64,000 bases of DNA from Octopus vulgaris (lineage: Eukaryota): contig OX597825.1 in the NCBI GenBank assembly GCA_951406725.2, positions 44,826,001 through 44,890,000 on the forward strand. Reading direction: 5' to 3'. Of the stretch, positions 51,990 through 64,000 are shown one piece after another (position 1 is the first letter of the stretch; the number at the start of each line of letters is the position of its first letter). The notes under the pieces were generated by a model. That model was not told the DNA's origin. It did not search any database and saw only the letters and a list, made by a program, of their open reading frames with translations. The position numbers and the translations under genes were made by a program.

Positions 51990-53450
51990 TTGCTCTGGTT
52001 TTGCATGAGGAATTAGTTGACGACTTTAAAATATTCGTTATCTGTTGACGAATCAAGTGATATAAACCCCATATAAACTAATGTGCTTGTGTGTGAAGTA
52101 TTTTTCCCAATAGCATCAAAGAGTGCAAATATTCATCTAGTATTAAAAACTTTCGAAAGTCGATAATGAAAATAAAATTTTTTAACAGCATTAATCCGAC
52201 AAAGACATTGATCTAACAGGATAATAGTAATATCAAGTGTTGGCCTTAACGCAGAGTGCGTTACAAGGGAATTTCCTTTCCGTGTACAAATGTGAGAGTA
52301 TATTACCACTATTACATCCCACGCCCTAAACAATTACCAAAGTATATGAACAAATAATCTTTGAAAGGGCCCTGAAACATTATGCGACAAATGAAAGGAA
52401 ACTGATAGAGGGAAAGAACAATTGCACACAATTGAGCAGTGTTTTTTAGCAATCTTTTAACCATGTGACTGCCATACTTTCATTTTGTGGACGCCGCTCA
52501 GTGTGTGCCAAAATCACTCAGTTCCAGACCTAAGCAGTGAAAATTACTTAAAAATCATATAGTTTGTTCTTTACACAGTATGTGAGAAACCGTGTGGTCT
52601 AAGAGTCTTAAAAGTATCAAACCTTTTGCCACTCATCTTACCAGCAATTAGATAGCATTGACAAAATTAACAGCCAAGACTGGGCATGGAACGAACGGGG
52701 TATTGGCATACCTAAAAATGTTGCCATTTGGTCATTCGGACTACAAAGGCACAGTAAATGTGGGGGGATTGAACATTGAAGTGTTGATGAGATCGTGAGA
52801 GAGCTAGAAAAGTATTTGGAACAGAGTGAACGGTGGCATCTGAAATTAATATAGAAATCAGGCACTCCCATCTCCGCGGACATGTAAGTCGAAAGGGAAG
52901 AAAATTGCAGTGACAAAACACTTGCTGTTAACCTGGCAAAAATGACTGAAAAGATGATTCAGAAAATCTGTTTTATGTTTTGATTGACACTATCATTATG
53001 TCGTTAAACGATTGGTTGAAATTTTAGATCTCTAGTGGGATTACCCTACAATGACAGAATGTCAATTAGAAAGAAGTAAAAGGATTAGCACACCAATATC
53101 CTTGACCATTAAAGTCATTAGAATAATGGTTGTCTGACCTAATATCCTACTGATATAGAAGTAAGATGAATATTTAACAAAACAGTTGAAAAGCCAGAAC
53201 GGAAGCCTTTAGAATTGCTAAATCTCTTAACTAACAACGAACTTTGGGAAATATTTCCTGGCGTTTGTACGAGTTCGAGCAAATACAAACATATCAAAAA
53301 CTTTTTAAGGTCTACTATGATTTAAACCCGACTTGTTGATTTAGCAAACTTAAGTACAGAGACAAGCGTTGCCTGAGATATTTTTTCAGCAGTTAACTTA
53401 AACGTTTCCCAAGCAACAATGCCAGAAAAGTCTATTTCATTAGCTGATTA
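51990..53450 (+). pseudogene. hAT transposase remnants
   Basis: YSLSVDESSDI (first catalytic Asp motif) and KNFLRSTMI*TRLVDLANLST (hATC dimerisation domain). Confidence 0.6.
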
Positions 53451-53643
53451 AGTTTATTGCTGCTTGATTTAAAGTACTAGCATCCCTGTGTCATCAAATT
53501 GCCGACAGTTTTATTAGAGACTAGCAGTATAACCCGGCCTTGCCCAGGATTAAGTTACGATTATTAAGCTAATCAAGTTCTTTATTTCAAACCAAACTAA
53601 GTAATATAGACGTCAAATTTGGGCGAAATCCGTTGAAATTATT

Positions 53644-53677
<34 letters not shown>

Positions 53678-53680
<3 letters not shown>

Positions 53681-54085
53681 ACAATAGTATTAAGGAATGA
53701 CCCTGACAGGCCGTTCAACTCACTTGAAAGAGCAGCTAAACTCAAACCGCAAAATAGTAGTAATTCTGAAACTAAAGGAGAAATAAAAACATTTATCCCC
53801 TTCAACTTTGTACCATGCATAGTTTCAACATTTTTACGTAATCGAATTTAATTAAATTAAATTAAATCCGTTTACGATTGGCTTGTCTCATCAGCAAAGT
53901 AGCCAAAGAAAGGAAATTCGATTACGTAAAAATGTTGAAACTATGCATGGTACAAAGTTGGAGGGGATAAATGTTTTTATTTCTCCTTTAGTTTCAGAAT
54001 TACTACTATTTTGCGGTTTGAGTTTAGCTGCTCTTTCAAGTGAGTTGAACGGCTTGTCAGGGTCATTCCTTAATGCTATTGTTGA
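53678..54085. repeat. Palindromic PLE pLTR unit with canonical HHR (53806-53899, minus strand)
   Basis: ~170-bp inverted arms. Minus strand reads ctttg-CTGATGA-gaca..long stem II..tgtt-GAAA-ctatgcatgg-TA-caaag. Confidence 0.85.
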
Positions 54086-54188
54086 ATATATTATATAGTC
54101 TGTGACTATTTCTACTTTCTCACTTGACCGCTGGTTGCAGAAAATTTTTCTTGAATTTTTCTTGAATTTTTTTGCTACCCTTATATTG

Positions 54189-54257
<69 letters not shown>

Positions 54258-54262
<5 letters not shown>

Positions 54263-54586
54263 GAAATGAAGAAAATGCTGACAAAATAATTTAAGTAATT
54301 TAAGTAATTTAATTAGGTGAAAGTTCTTTTTACCGGTTGCGCATTTGTTATGCTTATAAAAAATTTTTTAAGAGAGAAAGAGTTCCTTTGTGATAGATTT
54401 TTTCCTCTTATCAGAAAGGAACTCTTTCTCTCTTAAAAAAATTTTGATAAGTATAACAAATGCGCAACCGGTAAAAAGAACTTTCACCTAATTAAATTAC
54501 TTAAATTATTTAAATTATTTTGTCAGCATTTTCTTCATTTCCTTTTTTATATATTACAACTCGTGTTCCACATCTCCTTTTTTAAA
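54258..54586. repeat. Second copy of the 45628-45956 palindromic unit
   Basis: Same arms and same TTGATAA...GCAACCGGTA motif. Confidence 0.85.
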
Positions 54587-54757
54587 TATATATATATATA
54601 TATATATATATTTGAGTAGAAAAATGAAATATCTTTTTATGGATAATTCGTTTAACCGATACCTGGGTAGCAAATTCACATCAAAAATAACACGGTTGAA
54701 GTTACGTGCCTAGGGCAGAGACTACGTGTTTTCCTGTGGAATTTTGTGTGTATTTTT

Positions 54758-56522
54758 ATAAAATTTATGAATAAATGAAAGAATGGAGTTGAACTACAAA
54801 TTAACAAATTTCCTTTATTTTCGACATATGTTTCGAAGGCTGCATATTCCTAACCTCCCCTTACAATTCCGTGAAGCAGTAGCTAGGAATTTTCCCAGGA
54901 ATTCTAGGTATTACTCTTCCATCAACTCGCATAAGGTAAGGATTGCATTCTCCAACACTAGGAATCTATTGCAGATAATTGCCTCCCATAATAATAAGCT
55001 GCTAAATAAGGACTCATCACCCGGGGATAGCGACACTACCCTTGCTAATTCCAACCTAACATACAATAATAATAGTAATAGAAAAAGTATTGATATTAGC
55101 AGCATTCATAGCAGCATTGGCGTTAACGACAGTAATATTGATGATAATAATATTAATCAGTTTATTAACAGTGGTAAAGTTAGTGATAATAGCAACAACA
55201 GTTCTAATAACAGTGGTATTATTGATGATAATAATCCTAGCATCCCTATAGTCAGAGAAATTGCCGACGATATTACAATTATTAGTAATGATAGTAATAG
55301 GAATAGTATCGTGACCAATGCTAGCAATAATAATTACACCTATCATAACAATAAAACTCCGTATTAGTCTCGGAGGTTAACCCCAACAGATTAAAGTTCT
55401 TATCCAAAAATTCCAAGATTAGAAACACAATTTACCAATGCAAAATTTCTTCGGGTACCGATGTCTTCTTTTACATAGGGGCAACTTCGTCTAAATTAGC
55501 CCAAAAGATCTCCAACCATTATACAACTTTCCGAGATAAGAGAAAACAACACAGCACGGGATTAAGCAAACTAATTTGGCGTCTGAAAGACAGCAATTCA
55601 ACCTTCAAGCTGGAATGGTCCATTTTGTCGGTATCCGTTCCGTTTGATAAGGGCAGAAAAATTTGTGGCGTATGTAATTCTGAATTTTTTCATATATTAT
55701 TCGCCAAAGTACCTTTAATAAATTCAATCGTCGACAGGTCCTACAGGTGCTTGCACTGGAGAAAACACACCTTTCACTCATATGAATAATGACTAATATA
55801 GATAACCCCCTTGAATTTTAATTAATATATTTCCATTTATATATATTTCACCCCTTTAGTTTTAAAAAAACATTTTTATGCTTTCAAAGACATACTACCC
55901 AATCCATTGAGGTTTGCTTTGCCTTTGTCCCAATACCTCGCGCTCCTCTTTCTTTTTCTCTCTCTTTCCCTCTATCCATAGTAATCAAGCACACAGACAC
56001 ATATCTGCTACAACACCACTATCTGTTTTTTTGACATCTACCCATCCACATATACATTCACGCACACACATACACACACACATAGGTATTAATACAATTA
56101 TATTCATTCACTCACACAGACACTCATTCACAAAAGAATTTAACAAAACCCACCATACATACAACCTGTTCCAAATCACCTTACTTTTCTTAGACATCTC
56201 TCCCCCTACTTCGTTTGAACTCTTGAACCTTTAGAACCTTCTAGAATTTTCTACATTCAACCAGTTTGACGTCACTCCTTATAAAGGAATATTAAAGAGA
56301 CACTCATTATCGCTATGGGCTCCGTGAGAGCAGTCATCTAAAAGTTTTTGTGAATCTTGATGTTGACATAAATTCCTTGTTTTTCCTGATGAGAAAGCGG
56401 CATAAGTACTCCTTATTCCTTCACAATTAGGAATATGCAGCCTTCGAAACATATGTCAAAAATAAAGGAAATTTGTTAATTTGTCGTTCAACTCCATTCT
56501 TTCATTTACTCATAAATTTTAT
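54758..56522 (+). mobile_element. 5'-truncated Penelope-like element with inverted pLTR and canonical HHR
   Basis: Arms 54758-54853 and 56427-56522. LPLQFREAVARNFPRNSRYY; GIY-YIG FYIGATSS..SNHYTTF..TGLSKLIWRLK..CGVC..RCLH. HHR at 56381-56461: CTGATGA..GAAA-catatg-TC. Confidence 0.9.
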
Positions 56523-56532
56523 ATATATATAG

Positions 56533-56596
<64 letters not shown>

Positions 56597-57865
56597 ACGT
56601 AATATAAATATATATGGGCAACAGACACGAACACACATACACACACGTACGTGCGTACACCTATTGCATGTTTTGTGCACGCATACATGTTCATAAACAG
56701 AAATGAATGGAAAAAATGTTGTTAAATTTGTAGATTAACACTCGCACAATTTTCACTAAGAAAACAAATCGGGTTTTTTGCGTGGAATTAACTACTCTGG
56801 CCTCAAAACCCTTTTTGTGGTCCGTGAAACGGAGTGGGGTGTGGTGGAAGCCTCGCAAATTATAGTGTATAATTCACTGACAAATTGTTACTCACCTCTT
56901 TGTTTCTTTGTTGTTAAATAAATGGATTGTCAACAAAACACTTTTTTACTCGGCGTAAATTAAAAACAAAACTCTTTCGCACCCAAAGTAATGTGTGAGA
57001 GAGAGAGAGAGAGAGAGAGAAGGGGAAGAAAGATGAACGATTAAAAATAAATAAATGATTTAAAATCAATATATTGTAATTGTTGTGTGAGAAAGTATAT
57101 ATACTATGATTATAAAATATAGTGTGCCTTTCAAAAACAAAAAACAAAACATTTTTCATTTTATTTTTTATGAACGTAGTCACTTACTCTCTCTTCCTCT
57201 CTCACTTTGTCTTTCCCGTGAAACTCTCTGCCTCCTTCTTCCACTTTTCCTTATCTTATTTCTTTTTGTTAGATGCCATCAAAAAAGCAATGGCTCTCTC
57301 TCTCTCCCTCTCTCATTTTGTCTTTCCCGTGAAACTCTCTGCTTCCTTCTTTCACTTTTCTTTATCTTTTTTTTCTTATTAGACGCCGCAATGGCTCTCT
57401 CTCTCTCTCTCCCTCTCTCATTTTGTCTTTCCCGTGAAACTCTCTGCCTCCTTCTTCCACTTTTCTTTATCTTATTTTTTTTGTTAGACGCCATCAAAAA
57501 TAATGGCTGATGTTTGTTATGGTTAAAAGCTATGGTTGAAAATAGATTTTTACCCTATCCGCGAGTGCCTCGGGAAAAAAATAAGTTGACAAAATTCAGA
57601 TAGGATGTTGACAAATGTCCTCCTAAAATTTGAGCGACATGCGTGCTAATTTGTGGATGTGCATAAATTACAATCACGTACACACATCCTCCCTTTTATA
57701 GATATGATTTTTTTTTTAAATGGCACATCAAAACAATGGGAGAAACCATGCATAAATATCAGCAGTCGAGTAAATATATGTATATACACAGAACAGCACT
57801 TCAGCAATCAGTTACGGTACTAACCTCTCAGGTGAAAATATTATCGTCTACACGTAATGTGTGTG

Positions 57866-57927
<62 letters not shown>

Positions 57928-58047
57928 TGTGTGAGAGATTGTGTGTGTGTGTGTACATGCATACATACATATGATGAACAAACTTCTTTCACATTATTTA
58001 CATTTATTTATATTTGACGGATATTTGTCCTCATCTTGTTTGTTGTT

Positions 58048-58093
58048 AACACAACGTTTCGGCTGATATACCCTCCAATCTTCATCAGGTATT
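58048..58093 (-). ncRNA. Type I minimal hammerhead, canonical core
   Basis: aatac-CTGATGA-agattg-gagggtatat-cagcc-GAAA-cg-TT-gtgtt. Confidence 0.75.
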
Positions 58094-58171
58094 TTGGGGA
58101 AATTTTGAACTTTCGTTCTCATTCCTAATGTATTTTTTGATGTTGTTGTTGTTATTATTATTATTATTATT

Positions 58172-62959
<4,788 letters not shown>

Positions 62960-62960
62960 T

Positions 62961-63130
62961 GGCGTAGGAGTGGCTGTGTGGTAAGTAGCTTGCTTACCAA
63001 CCACATGGGTCTGGGTTCAGTCCCACTGCGTAGCACCTTGGGCAAGTGTCTTCTACTATAGCCTCGGGCCGACCAAAGCCTTGTGAGTGGATTTGGTAGA
63101 CGGAAACTGAAAGAAGCCCGTCGTATATAT
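62961..63130 (+). mobile_element. SINE family A (OK-like), 5' half
   Basis: Matches 7603-7770 and is cut off at its internal (TA)n. Confidence 0.85.
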
Positions 63131-63370
63131 GTATATATATATATTTATTAATCAATTTAGGGTAGCAAAAAATTCAATAGAAATTATTTTGCCACCGGCG
63201 GTCTAGTGAGAAAGAGGAAATAGTCAGAGACTATAAATAAATTCAACAACAATTGAGGAACGGCTATAATAGGTCGTTCGACCTACTAGAAAGAGCAGCC
63301 AGGGCTCCAACCGCAAATAGTAGCAATTCCGAAATCAAAGGAAAAATAAAAAAACATTTACCCTATTCAT

Positions 63371-63480
63371 CTTTAGACAATGCATTGTTTCGGCGTTTTT
63401 TAATGGTAAACCAGCCTGATTAAATTGAATTAAACTTAATCAAGTCAATCTTCCAAAAGGCCACGCGCTCATCGGTAAAG
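63371..63480 (-). ncRNA. Type I hammerhead (U4C core) in a PLE pLTR
   Basis: cttta-CCGATGA-gcgc..long stem II..cgcc-GAAA-caatgcattg-TC-taaag. Homolog of 53806-53899. Confidence 0.75.
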
Positions 63481-63639
63481 AAGCCAGAAGGGACAGAAAT
63501 TACACGAGGCAGCTATATCTATGCCTAGGTAATATCTGACCTAAAATTTTCAAAGTCATCGTACTCGCGCCAACTTATCGGCAGCAAATATAAACTGCCG
63601 ATTCAAGAATAAAGCAGTCATCCAAATAACTTTTACAGT

Positions 63640-64000
63640 TCTCTCTTATATATTGGTAGAAGGAGTATCCATATTTTTGCAGTAATTCTTCATATACAGT
63701 CAATTCTAAATACTCCATCACTAGTTTGCAAGAGCTGGAGTTGCTTTTGTTCCCATCGCAATTCCATATTACTGTCGGTAGTAATTGATATCAAACATGA
63801 AGTAATTATCCTGGGGCATAAATTTTAATGTTTCAGTTATAAATTCTTTGTTAATGCGCCCTGGTAATTTAACCAGAATTTGGTTGCTTCTATTCCATAG
63901 TCCTGTGGTATATTAGCATACATGTTCACAGCATCAAACGACAAAACAAGAATAAAAACCTATACAGAGTAAAAACCTGTAAAAATTTATGCAAGAATAA
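63640..64000 (-). pseudogene. Penelope-like RT remnant (runs off the window)
   Basis: VLSFDAVNMYANIPQDYGIEA; DNYFMFDINYYRQ*YGIAMGTKATPALAN. Confidence 0.85.

Larger units (their letters stand above)
53521..57707 (-). mobile_element. Non-autonomous Helitron family H1, copy 3, expanded by nested insertions
   Basis: 53521-53650 and ~56600-57707 are colinear with copy 2. About 2.9 kb of extra DNA sits in the internal (TA)n. Confidence 0.85.

Overview
AT-rich eukaryotic DNA made almost entirely of repeats. I can support no host protein-coding gene, and most ORFs in the track are microsatellite artefacts. The SINE families and microsatellite load resemble an Octopus-like cephalopod genome (inference). 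Decayed mobile elements fill the window: a Tx1-clade L1 LINE (22964-27990), an R4/Dong LINE sitting in a (TAA)n tract (58172-62760), two near-complete mariners, RTE, CR1, Tc1 and hAT relics, several non-autonomous Helitrons, tRNA-derived SINEs, and many truncated Penelope-like elements (PLEs) with inverted pseudo-LTRs. The main signal is at the RNA level: more than 20 type I hammerhead ribozyme (HHR) motifs can be read by eye. These include (a) a tandem array of ~350-bp non-coding units, each with one HHR at the tip of a long hairpin (5300-7090); (b) divergent, circularly permuted relatives of that unit elsewhere in the window; (c) a tRNA-headed HHR element split by the Dong LINE; and (d) several recurrent non-canonical catalytic cores. 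Together they suggest a retrozyme-like family (small self-cleaving, possibly circular RNAs) mobilised by PLEs. All folds and alignments were done manually and need computational and biochemical confirmation.
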